Virus record (IMG/VR): IMGVR_UViG_3300009537_000015 | Span: 1-52,600 of that record | From: a virus | Lineage: Duplodnaviria > Caudoviricetes | Length of the DNA: 52,600 nt | Reading direction: 5' to 3' (one strand) | Part shown: positions 44,481 to 52,600 of the stretch, in pieces | Layout of the letters: the number at the start of each line of letters is the position of its first letter | Position numbering within the stretch: position 1 is the first letter of the stretch | The notes under the pieces: generated by a model | The model's database searches: none | The model's input: only the letters and a program-made list of their open reading frames with translations | Told to the model about the DNA's origin: nothing | Translations under genes and position numbers: made by a program

Positions 44481-45856
44481 TATTATTTTGGGCTGTTTTT
44501 TGGCGTCGCTTTCTGTGGGACCCATTTTCTTTCGCGACCTCGGATCATCTTTCAACCTATTTCGCGCATTGGCGGTGGCTCGGTGGACGCCTTAGAAATT
44601 TACAGGGAATATCAAAGGATGTTCATTTTGGAGAACCGCTCGGAATCCCTTTCACCTGTTCCTGGCATTTGCCCCACCTGTTTTCCGCGTGGCTTGGATC
44701 TTTCTTTGGGATTAACGGGGCGTTTTATATATACACCCTCTGGCTGCTCCTACACTTTGCACTTACCTCCATCTTTGGTTACCTCCTGTTTGGAAATGTT
44801 CTCCTAGCGATAGCAATCGCGTATTGCCAGAGAGCCATTCACCTCAACCAGTCTATCGTCTACTCCTGGACTTGGTCGATATTTTCATTACTTATGTTAG
44901 AATATAATCACCCGATCCTCGCGGGCATCGGGGTTTACCTCGCTATCTCTGGCGGGTACTGGCCGGTGGTGATGTTTTTGGCTCCGTTCACTCTCCGCTT
45001 TACGGAGTCCCTTTTCCTCCTTTTCATCACCGCCGGTCTCTTATCGCTCCCACAACTAATTGCGACTTTTAGATACATGAAACGCTCCATCCGCCGTAAA
45101 CAATCGTATAAGTCTAAGGCTCAGGGGTCCATCCCTCCTTGGCACCTGATTTCCTTTATCTGGCCATTAAGATTCAATCTGAACGGGCTTTTGTACCCAG
45201 AGCTTTCCTATAGGGTTGGGATTATACCGTTATTTGCTTGTTTTTTGGCCCAAAATGCCCTTCTAAGCCATTATTTTTGGTTGGGGGTACTTGGGGTATA
45301 CCTAAGCATGGGATCGTACGTTAGGGCGCCGATTCCTCTACGCATCCCAAATAGAGCCATGTACATGACCACCATAGCGCTTTGTTTCTTGGCTAATCCT
45401 GTTATATCGGAGTTAAATGGTCCGATTTACGTTATGTTGTGTGTTATCCACATGTTAGATGTATTAAAAAACCATGATTTGTTTCCTTTTTATCCGTTTA
45501 TGGAGAAGCCCGGGGCTCCGTCGGATCAGTTTAATCCTCCCGTTGTCCAGGCGCTTAAAGGCATAAAAGTCGGGCGCGTATCCGGGCTTCCGCACCCGGT
45601 AATGACTGGACACATTACGGGTGTTCGGGGGCTTGGATACTGCGGGGGGTGCATGTTGAAAGAGGAGGCTGACAAGAGGGGGATAACGAATGAGAACGGT
45701 GAGTCCGCGCATGATTGGTTTAAAAACAAGGAAGACGGTGACGAATTAGATGATTTTGGGATCACGCACGCTTACAAACCGTCTGGCAAGCTTAAGGAGG
45801 GGAAATGGAAACTGATAGCGCAGGATCTTTATCAGAACCAGAACTTGCTTACCTGA
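44462..45856 (+). CDS. polytopic membrane protein, YfhO/GT-C-like glycosyltransferase
   Basis: multiple TM segments; SD after TM1, G.P...WH.P, LPQL, S.R and R.PNR motifs as in YfhO-type proteins; soluble C-terminal domain. Confidence 0.6.
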   Translation: MQWFVLILFWAVFWRRFLWDPFSFATSDHLSTYFAHWRWLGGRLRNLQGISKDVHFGEPLGIPFTCSWHLPHLFSAWLGSFFGINGAFYIYTLWLLLHFALTSIFGYLLFGNVLLAIAIAYCQRAIHLNQSIVYSWTWSIFSLLMLEYNHPILAGIGVYLAISGGYWPVVMFLAPFTLRFTESLFLLFITAGLLSLPQLIATFRYMKRSIRRKQSYKSKAQGSIPPWHLISFIWPLRFNLNGLLYPELSYRVGIIPLFACFLAQNALLSHYFWLGVLGVYLSMGSYVRAPIPLRIPNRAMYMTTIALCFLANPVISELNGPIYVMLCVIHMLDVLKNHDLFPFYPFMEKPGAPSDQFNPPVVQALKGIKVGRVSGLPHPVMTGHITGVRGLGYCGGCMLKEEADKRGITNENGESAHDWFKNKEDGDELDDFGITHAYKPSGKLKEGKWKLIAQDLYQNQNLLT

Positions 45857-46101
45857 TGTTGATGAACACGCTCGGGCTTTCAATCATCACGGAGGCTATG
45901 CGTTCCGCTTCTCGTTTATTCATATCAACTAAAAACGTAGGAGAGAAAAAAATAGCCGAATACAGGGAATCTCTTGTTTATATACAGGGAACAGGTCTTG
46001 AACTAACAATGCAGGATTACGGGGTACAATTAGATGCCGAGGAACTCAGAAACAGTTTCTTTACCACATTCGATCAACGCCAATACATTGCCACTTCCTA
46101 G
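45856..46101 (+). CDS. hypothetical protein
   Basis: TGATG coupling to the previous gene. Confidence 0.5.
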   Translation: MLMNTLGLSIITEAMRSASRLFISTKNVGEKKIAEYRESLVYIQGTGLELTMQDYGVQLDAEELRNSFFTTFDQRQYIATS

Positions 46102-47098
46102 AGTTTCCGCGATAGTCTGCCACCACAAGGGCGAGAAGCTTTTAATGAACACCCTTGAAAGCCTTCTTAATCAGCAAGGTGTGAAGATGGAAATTATCGT
46201 GGTCTCATCAATTCACGGTTTCCAAACAGGCCATCCACGATCCAAGGTAAGGTTTTTATACGACCAAGGTACGCCAGCAGAAAAACGAAATCTGGGTGTT
46301 CGGGAGGCCTTATACAATAACATTGCCTTTTTTGATGACGACATAAAAGCGCAATTCTCAGCCGTAGCGGAGATGACAACAGTTCTATCTCAACCTGGCG
46401 TGGGTATGTGTTTCGGAAAACTTCTGAACATGGAACATCAGGATCGCTTTGATGAGGCGGGTGGTTATTTGACATGGACGGGTTTCATTTGGGCTCGTTC
46501 GCACGGAGCGGTGAAAGACACGGGCCAGTTTGACAAAACAGAACCCATATTTGCGGGTAAGTCAGCAGCCTGCATGATCAGGAAAGACACTTTCTGGAAA
46601 ATCGGTGGGTTCGACGAGTCCTTTGGAATTCTTGGGGAGGAGAGCGATCTGGCATGGCGTGTTTGGCTTAGTGGCGAGAAAGTGTACTACACCCCGAAAT
46701 CTGTAACCTATCACGCCTTCAACACGCGTTTCAAGCCCCGAAATTACTATACTCATTCCAGGGTCTATTTTAATGGGTGCCGCAATTACCTTACCATGCT
46801 CATCAAGAATCTTGAGATGTGGAACCTGATACGCATCCTCCCGATTCACGTGTTTGCGTGGTTTCTTTCCGGGCTTGGGTTTCTTTTCGCCGGTAAGTTT
46901 AGGGCGTCTTTTCATGTTTTTCGTGGTCTTCTTTATCCTCTAATATCATTTCGACGCACCATAAGATCACGGCTATCAGTCCAAAAAACGAGAGTATTAA
47001 CAGACTCCGCTCTATTTCCATACATCTACCGATCCGTTAGTCTAAAGTATTACGTTGAACGTTTCTTAAGATACATCAAGGTCGGATTACACGGATAG
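46034..47098 (+). CDS. glycosyltransferase family 2 (true start probably TTG near 46088)
   Basis: RNLG, FFDDD, GGFDE.F...EE.DLAWR, RNY. Confidence 0.9.
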   Translation: MPRNSETVSLPHSINANTLPLPRVSAIVCHHKGEKLLMNTLESLLNQQGVKMEIIVVSSIHGFQTGHPRSKVRFLYDQGTPAEKRNLGVREALYNNIAFFDDDIKAQFSAVAEMTTVLSQPGVGMCFGKLLNMEHQDRFDEAGGYLTWTGFIWARSHGAVKDTGQFDKTEPIFAGKSAACMIRKDTFWKIGGFDESFGILGEESDLAWRVWLSGEKVYYTPKSVTYHAFNTRFKPRNYYTHSRVYFNGCRNYLTMLIKNLEMWNLIRILPIHVFAWFLSGLGFLFAGKFRASFHVFRGLLYPLISFRRTIRSRLSVQKTRVLTDSALFPYIYRSVSLKYYVERFLRYIKVGLHG

Positions 47099-47804
47099 CT
47101 GATAACGCGGTAACTCGCAACCACAAATCCAGACCATAATAATGTTTTTTAATAAATCTCATTCTTGATTCTGCGTATATTTTGCGATGATTCTTTAGTG
47201 TTTTTTTGAGAGTAGTGTTCCCCGAATGGATTGCCTTAGCTCTCTTAGCGACCGCTCGTCTTGCGGGCGCCCTGACGCAAAAGTCAACGTCTTCATAACC
47301 CATGACAAATCCTTCATCAAGCCCGCCAACTGAGTCCCACAATCTTTTCTGAATAACGAAACAGATGTTGGGGATGATGGGGGTGCTTTCTCCTTGCCAT
47401 CGTCTGCGCCCAATTCCGTATCCAGGCCAGACGAGATCCATTCCGCAATTATCAATCGAACCATCTTCTCGGTAGATTGTGGGTTGCACTTGATCATAAC
47501 CCCATTCAATGTATCGAACAAGTTCCTTGACAGCCCCTGGAAGCAAGATAACGTCGTTGGAGATAAAGAGTGCAAGTTCTCCCCCACAGCTTGCAATCGC
47601 CCTGTTACCACCGCCAACAACTCCAACGTTTTGTTCATGGTTAACAATCTTCCAATCATGGCGCGGTCTTGGCGACTCAGCGCTGCCGTTGTCACAGATG
47701 ATTTTTTCGTGTTCGCACGGGATTTCTTGGTCGTCGACGGCATCACAGCACCTCTCTAAGAGCTTGTTATTGTTGTAGTTAAGGACTACGATGCTTAGTT
47801 TCAT
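47076..47804 (-). CDS. glycosyltransferase family 2
   Basis: LSIVVLNYN, CDNGS, N.G..GG.N, GGLDE.F..YEDVDFC. Confidence 0.9.
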   Translation of the reverse strand: MKLSIVVLNYNNNKLLERCCDAVDDQEIPCEHEKIICDNGSAESPRPRHDWKIVNHEQNVGVVGGGNRAIASCGGELALFISNDVILLPGAVKELVRYIEWGYDQVQPTIYREDGSIDNCGMDLVWPGYGIGRRRWQGESTPIIPNICFVIQKRLWDSVGGLDEGFVMGYEDVDFCVRAPARRAVAKRAKAIHSGNTTLKKTLKNHRKIYAESRMRFIKKHYYGLDLWLRVTALSAIRVIRP

Positions 47805-48511
47805 TTTAGATGCGGTCTGGAAACAAACGCCTCAACATCTTCCGGGGTTCCAAGCCCGTACATCCTTTTAACGTGGAAAGGTAAAATCTTCAGGCCCCCG
47901 CTTATCAACTCATTATAAACAGGACACACGTAAAACTCGCCCTTAAATCTTTTGTCTTGCGCGATCATTTGCCTTGCTCCGAAACAAAAGAATCGGCCCT
48001 GCTTAAAGTAATACAGTCCGCAAGTCGCGAAGTCACTGATCGGGCGTTTCTCAGCGACCTCTGTGATGAGTGCGTTCTCAATCTTTGCGTAACTCCATTT
48101 CGGATGACAGGACTCAAACCCCAAGACACCCCCGTCAGCTTCCGCGAGATTAATTGAATCAAAAAACAGATCCCTGTCCCACTCTATATATTGGTCTGAA
48201 TTAGCAATAATCAATGGTTCGCTGTTATCTATTAAATGCTCGGCCAACATCACCGTACACGCAGCGCCCTCGGTTTTTTCGTCAACATAAATAATCTCAA
48301 AATTATCCACAAACTTTGAAACAATGTCTGCCCACGGATAATCCCAATCTCGGCGAACGAGAAAAATGTATTTTCCTTCTACACCGACAGATTCAACAGC
48401 CCATTGTAAAAGCATCTTTCCGCTCGCTTCAATCAGTGGTTTGGGGTGTGACGAATAACCCGCCTCCCTAAATCTTGATCCGTCTCCTGCTGCCGGAATG
48501 ACTATGTTCAT
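47801..48511 (-). CDS. sugar-phosphate nucleotidyltransferase (NTP_transferase fold)
   Basis: IVIPAAGDGSRF...PKPLI, TEGAACT, NSDQ, EK, GEFY. Confidence 0.88.
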   Translation of the reverse strand: MNIVIPAAGDGSRFREAGYSSHPKPLIEASGKMLLQWAVESVGVEGKYIFLVRRDWDYPWADIVSKFVDNFEIIYVDEKTEGAACTVMLAEHLIDNSEPLIIANSDQYIEWDRDLFFDSINLAEADGGVLGFESCHPKWSYAKIENALITEVAEKRPISDFATCGLYYFKQGRFFCFGARQMIAQDKRFKGEFYVCPVYNELISGGLKILPFHVKRMYGLGTPEDVEAFVSRPHLK

Positions 48512-48768
48512 TTTGCACCCAGATTAAGATTCGCATTAACCTCATAAGGCCTTTGCGGAACTTTTTCTTCGTGGATTTTCATTATCTCATCCCCGTTAAA
48601 AAACATTTCCGCCATCGTATAATTTGTTCCGAAATTTTCATTGTAAAGCTTGGCGTTGTAATACGACTTCGGGATGGTTGCAAAAAACGAAATCGAAAGT
48701 ACCGCGATTGACGCATAAATCACCCCAAAGAGCACCCCCTTGGCTAACTCCTCTACGTCTATTTTCAT
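48508..48768 (-). CDS. small membrane protein
   Basis: single N-terminal TM helix. Confidence 0.55.
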   Translation of the reverse strand: MKIDVEELAKGVLFGVIYASIAVLSISFFATIPKSYYNAKLYNENFGTNYTMAEMFFNGDEIMKIHEEKVPQRPYEVNANLNLGAK

Positions 48769-49364
48769 AAATACTCCTCCATTAGTTTTTTGAAGTCGCG
48801 GAAGTTGTTTAGTACCAACACTTTAGCACCGCTTGCCTCCGCTGCCGCGATGCCGTTAGGGTTGTCTTCAACAATCACTGTTTCTTTCGGTTTCACTTTC
48901 AGTTCGTGCATCGCGATTATGTAACCGTCTGGATTGGGTTTGCATCGAGTCATATCTTCGTTGCTGATTACTACGGAAAAATATTCTAATATATTAGAGC
49001 GCAAAAGCATTAGATGCGCGGAATCCCTAACGCAATTCGTGACGCAACCGATCTTGTATTTATCAACCAATCGTCTAATGACCGCTCGCCTAGAATTTAC
49101 TCGGCACTTTCTTCTAATAACGTCAAACGTGTATTCCTGTTTCAGGTCATGCACAAGACCTTTGACACCGGCATCAATTAACCCCTCGGCAACCAGAGCG
49201 TTAAGCTTGACACGCGTTGGCAGACCGTCATACTTCTTCTCGTGGTCTTCTCTGGGGATTGCGTAACCCGTGATTTCGCGCAACGCCATATTCAACGCCT
49301 CGTAATGCCAATCACAAGCGTTAACCAAAACACCGTCTAAATCGTAAATTATAGCTTTTATCAT
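48765..49364 (-). CDS. HAD-family phosphatase
   Basis: DLDGVLV motif I, VTN, KPNPD, VEDN..G..AA..SG. Confidence 0.92.
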   Translation of the reverse strand: MIKAIIYDLDGVLVNACDWHYEALNMALREITGYAIPREDHEKKYDGLPTRVKLNALVAEGLIDAGVKGLVHDLKQEYTFDVIRRKCRVNSRRAVIRRLVDKYKIGCVTNCVRDSAHLMLLRSNILEYFSVVISNEDMTRCKPNPDGYIIAMHELKVKPKETVIVEDNPNGIAAAEASGAKVLVLNNFRDFKKLMEEYL

Positions 49365-49434
49365 ATAAAAACCCCCGCCCCACGCGTCCAGGAGAAAGGA
49401 CAAAAACCTAAACGCGGTGCGGAACGGGACGGGG

Positions 49435-50454
49435 TTAGCATTTCCTGAACTTTTCTTCCAATACTAATCTTGCTCCGCGAACAAGATAAGTAAAATCTTC
49501 CCAACATTTCATGTCTCGTATTTTATGATACCAGAATTTAGGTGATTTGTAAGCATCATAAATCATCGGCACATATCGGTGGCCCTGACTTTTGGGGTCG
49601 GGCTTTGTTCTCGGGGGGCTGTAAACGCTTGCCTGTGCCGTTTTAGCGTAACCAAGCGTTAACATTTTCTTTATAAAATTCACCGTTCGCATTTCGTCTT
49701 CGTGCGATTCCCAAGGGTACCCGAACATACTCGTTAAGTGTGGTTCTAAACCCGCATCAGACATTGCTTTAAGGTTTTTTGTGACGTTCCCCTGGTGTTG
49801 GCCTTTCTTGATCTTGTCTAGGGTTAGTTGGTTAACCGATTCCACCCCAACAAGTATAAACCTGAACCCAGAACTTTTCATCATCTTGAAATCGACTTTT
49901 ATCGGCTTTAAATTGCAGCCGATCTTGATTTTTTTGTGCCTTCCCTTTTCGCGCATCTTTTTACAAAATTCTTCAAGCCAGTCACCGATTGGGAATGTGC
50001 CTGAATCATCGAACACCTCCCTGTAACCATTGGCTATTAGATCGTCTATTTCCTCTATCACGTGATCAACCGATCTCGTTTGGACCGGCTCGCCCTCCTC
50101 GATCTTTTTTGTGTCAACGCAGAACGTACACTTCCCCCACCAACAAAGATTAGCCGCCATCATGTGCGTTGCGGGATGGAATTTGTAGTTGCCATACGAT
50201 TGCCATCGCTTGTTCTTAGCATCTGTGAACTCTCTGTCGGGATAAGGTAACTCAATGAACGGAACCTTGACGTCACTATCGTCCACCACCACCTCATCAC
50301 ACAAGAGCATTTCCTTTCCCGGGTCCCACTCAACCTCATGCCCTTGGTCCCTTAGATAAGTGGCGTACATGGCTAAGTGTGCGGGATACACCCACACAGG
50401 TTTCTCGAATTGGCGCTGCTGGTTGTAGGGATTTAGCGGAAAAATATATTTCAC
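49435..50454 (-). CDS. class-B-like radical SAM enzyme with a short N-terminal domain
   Basis: CWWGKCTFC (CX4CX2C), R.VD.VI.EI, GVES..Q..LD.I.KG, MFGYPWE; GTG start with GAGG SD. Confidence 0.85.
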   Translation of the reverse strand: MKYIFPLNPYNQQRQFEKPVWVYPAHLAMYATYLRDQGHEVEWDPGKEMLLCDEVVVDDSDVKVPFIELPYPDREFTDAKNKRWQSYGNYKFHPATHMMAANLCWWGKCTFCVDTKKIEEGEPVQTRSVDHVIEEIDDLIANGYREVFDDSGTFPIGDWLEEFCKKMREKGRHKKIKIGCNLKPIKVDFKMMKSSGFRFILVGVESVNQLTLDKIKKGQHQGNVTKNLKAMSDAGLEPHLTSMFGYPWESHEDEMRTVNFIKKMLTLGYAKTAQASVYSPPRTKPDPKSQGHRYVPMIYDAYKSPKFWYHKIRDMKCWEDFTYLVRGARLVLEEKFRKC

Positions 50455-50464
50455 GAACCAAACC

Positions 50465-50662
50465 TCACTTGGGCAATTCTTTGCGGTCAACCTTAAAGAT
50501 ATAGTAACAGTCTGGGGCAAGACACATAACACGGTAATCCCCCAGGACCTCCCAACCATAACTGGTCATTAATTTCGCACAGATTGGGTTCGGACATCTT
50601 TCGGGAATTATGACGGATGGGTCAAGCCTTTTCGGTTTCTTTGCGTTCATCCTTTTCTCCAA
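50465..50662 (-). CDS. small zinc-finger-like protein
   Basis: CPNPIC...CLAPDC. Confidence 0.5.
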   Translation of the reverse strand: MEKRMNAKKPKRLDPSVIIPERCPNPICAKLMTSYGWEVLGDYRVMCLAPDCYYIFKVDRKELPK

Positions 50663-50900
50663 GATACACTATTTTATGCACCATCTTGCTTGGGATGGCC
50701 GATTGGTGCCTTTTGAAATCTTTGGCCTTATCCCCTTCTTCGTACTCTCCGTATATTCTTATGTATTTCTTTGTTTTTTTATCCAAGAACCCTACCGTGA
50801 CCAACAATGGAGGCGTTAACTCATCACCTTGACTTTCGCAGTCATGTACGGCGTCCCACCAGTACACGATAATGGGTTTATGCGTTGGTCGGGAGCGCAA
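50622..50900 (-). CDS. conserved phage protein (WxDA...TVG.L...IP motif)
   Basis: VYWWDA, VTVGFL, AIP. Confidence 0.65.
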   Translation of the reverse strand: MRSRPTHKPIIVYWWDAVHDCESQGDELTPPLLVTVGFLDKKTKKYIRIYGEYEEGDKAKDFKRHQSAIPSKMVHKIVYLGEKDERKETEKA

Positions 50901-51675
50901 CTTTTTCTTCCTTTGTTTTTTTGATCGTCTCTCGCATATTATGCCCGCATTTCCGACAAACCAACCGTCGATACTTCACGGCGTTCCTCCCATGCCCTCG
51001 CCATCTCGTCCCGTTATTTTCTACTCTCTTAGATTCGCAAACGGTGCATATCCTCTGATTTCTTATGGCGGCCAATGATGGATGGTTTCTCATGTGAGGA
51101 CTTATTTTTAAGTATAACTCCTCGAGCAGCCGAACATCCTGTCTGTTATAACGGATCATCGTTCTAAAAGCTTTTTTGCATCCCCCCATACATTTGACCC
51201 ATAACTCAAACCCTTCGTGAGAAACTTTATGCCCTATTTTTAACTGCGTGCAAATCGCGTTCAGGCGATTAGATAAAAACCCGAACTCTCTACGCAATGC
51301 TTTTACCGTGTCAATGGATTGTTTTGGTGTTCTTGGAGGGAACCCGTTTCTTAAAAAAAACGAGTTAAGGACCTTTAAATCAAATTTATCGCCGTTATGT
51401 GCCAAAACGAGGTCCGCCTCCTCAAGCAATTCATAAATTGATTTACACACAAGACTATCATCCGTCTTGTCTTTCTTAAATCTCGGGTAATTTATAATAG
51501 CATCAGATAATATCTTTTTCCTGCCAACCCACTTCGCTGACCAACACAACAAGTAGGGGTGCGATATTATCTGATTATGACCGATGTTCTGGTCGTAAAC
51601 CCCCCAAGCGTAAACTTTCGCCGGGGCGGTTTCGATGTCCAATGCTAAAATCTTGGTTTTAATAAAGCCACTCAG
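50878..51675 (-). CDS. RNase H-like (DEDDy-type) exonuclease with C-terminal zinc ribbon
   Basis: KILALDIET, AHNGDKFD, YN.QDV; CTVC..CRKC; frame extends upstream of the annotated TTG to a CTG. Confidence 0.85.
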   Translation of the reverse strand: MSGFIKTKILALDIETAPAKVYAWGVYDQNIGHNQIISHPYLLCWSAKWVGRKKILSDAIINYPRFKKDKTDDSLVCKSIYELLEEADLVLAHNGDKFDLKVLNSFFLRNGFPPRTPKQSIDTVKALRREFGFLSNRLNAICTQLKIGHKVSHEGFELWVKCMGGCKKAFRTMIRYNRQDVRLLEELYLKISPHMRNHPSLAAIRNQRICTVCESKRVENNGTRWRGHGRNAVKYRRLVCRKCGHNMRETIKKTKEEKVALPTNA

Positions 51676-51694
51676 GTCCCCCCTGATTAGCTTA

Positions 51695-52060
51695 CTAATC
51701 TAACTTCGATACTTCTTTTTTCAACCACACCTCAATCTTTTCGAGATCGGGCTTTTCTGTGCTTCTCGCCAGAAGCCGTAATTGTTCGTAACGCTCTTTG
51801 CCTAGACGCTTTAGGAACACGTCTCTGTGCAGAGGCGGATCTTCGCCAAGCCGAATGTGGCACCGATAACACATCGCTGCACAATTGTTCAAGTTCCATC
51901 TCGTATTCTTGTACCGTCTTCCCATGAAATGAGAGCAGTGCAAGCCGTTGGTCGGTGGGTGATACTGTGTTTGGCAAAGTTCGCATCTCCATTTAGCTCG
52001 GGATCTTACCACAAGCGAAAACATTTTGTCAAGCCTATTTATTTTAATTTTCTTCTTCAA
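51695..52060 (-). CDS. NinG-like HNH/recombination protein
   Basis: LD..FS..VR.R...CELC, CSHF..R...TRW...N..AMC..CH. Confidence 0.85.
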   Translation of the reverse strand: MKKKIKINRLDKMFSLVVRSRAKWRCELCQTQYHPPTNGLHCSHFMGRRYKNTRWNLNNCAAMCYRCHIRLGEDPPLHRDVFLKRLGKERYEQLRLLARSTEKPDLEKIEVWLKKEVSKLD

Positions 52061-52330
52061 TTACTTTTTTTAAATTTGGCCATTTTTTTAATTTTTCCCA
52101 AAACATACTGGGGGTTTTCTTTTTTCCTGGGATCAGCAATAAGCGTGCCAGTAGAAAGTAACCCTTTTAGTAACTGTATGTCTTGAGAGTGCTTTGTTTA
52201 TTCAACTAGTAGAGCAGTTATCCCAGTCGAGGCGGTCAATCATAACCCCCAGTAAAACCAGACCGTCAGCCCTCTCTATTTAGCACCGCTTTTTGTTGTT
52301 TGTGAAGCGATGAAAACACGCCGTATTGAA

Positions 52331-52477
52331 TCATAGATTTTCAATTTTGTAAAGAATTAAGTTCGTTAACCCGTACAGGAAGTAGAGGGTAGCTAACCAG
52401 TGAGACCCCTTTAAAAAAGCGGTCACGGTAGCTCCGAACTGCAAAACGGCTACGGCTATTAAAAACCAGTTATTCAT
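52331..52477 (-). CDS. small two-TM membrane protein (48 aa)
   Basis: read by hand: MNNWFLIAVAVLQFGATVTAFLKGSHWLATLYFLYGLTNLIL... Confidence 0.45.
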   Translation of the reverse strand: MNNWFLIAVAVLQFGATVTAFLKGSHWLATLYFLYGLTNLILYKIENL

Positions 52478-52600
52478 CCGCAATCACATCGCCACCATTT
52501 TCGACCGCTGCCGCACGGACACTCTTCATGGAAAAGTGGTACTATCGGGGCCACTGTGGCAGTAATAAAAAAATCTGTGGGGCTGGATTACAGGTACGGC

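Noticed and set aside
33489-50454. DNA hypermodification cluster as the main explanation
   Set aside because: No thymidylate-synthase/hydroxymethylase, TET/JBP, 7-deazaguanine or DNA polymerase genes are seen, and the GT-C and lipid-donor enzymes point to envelope or protein targets; not fully excluded for the soluble GT2s
52185-52290. Possible structured RNA near the right end
   Set aside because: Only short 5-7 bp helices, within chance expectation
1-52600. Stop-codon reassignment
   Set aside because: Long genes are intact in the standard code and TAA, TAG and TGA all end coupled genes

Overview
The window is most of a tailed dsDNA phage genome with podovirus-like gene order. Two minus-strand arms (1-8465 and 47076-52600) carry small early/DNA-metabolism genes: YopX, a PD-(D/E)XK nuclease, an SLT-type muramidase, an HTH protein, a SprT protease, an RNase H-like exonuclease and NinG-like HNH. 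The strand-switch region (8466-9246) holds 21-bp direct repeats and a run of DnaA-box-like repeats. The plus-strand late region (9247-33446) encodes terminase, portal, scaffold, decoration and major capsid proteins, many Ser/Thr/Gly-rich virion proteins, a tail adaptor, a nozzle with nested LamG domains, and ejection proteins. About 17 kb (33454-50454), a third of the window, is a glycan synthesis/modification island in two convergent operons. It encodes a TMTC-like GT-C/TPR protein, a second GT-C-like membrane protein, six GT2 enzymes (two polyprenyl-phosphate-sugar-synthase-like), four radical SAM enzymes (three class-B/B12-type), two class I methyltransferases, an NTP transferase and a HAD phosphatase. 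Four tandem tRNA-like structured RNAs lie at 3045-3491. No integrase, DNA polymerase, primase or helicase was recognised. All family calls come from motif recognition by eye; no searches were run.
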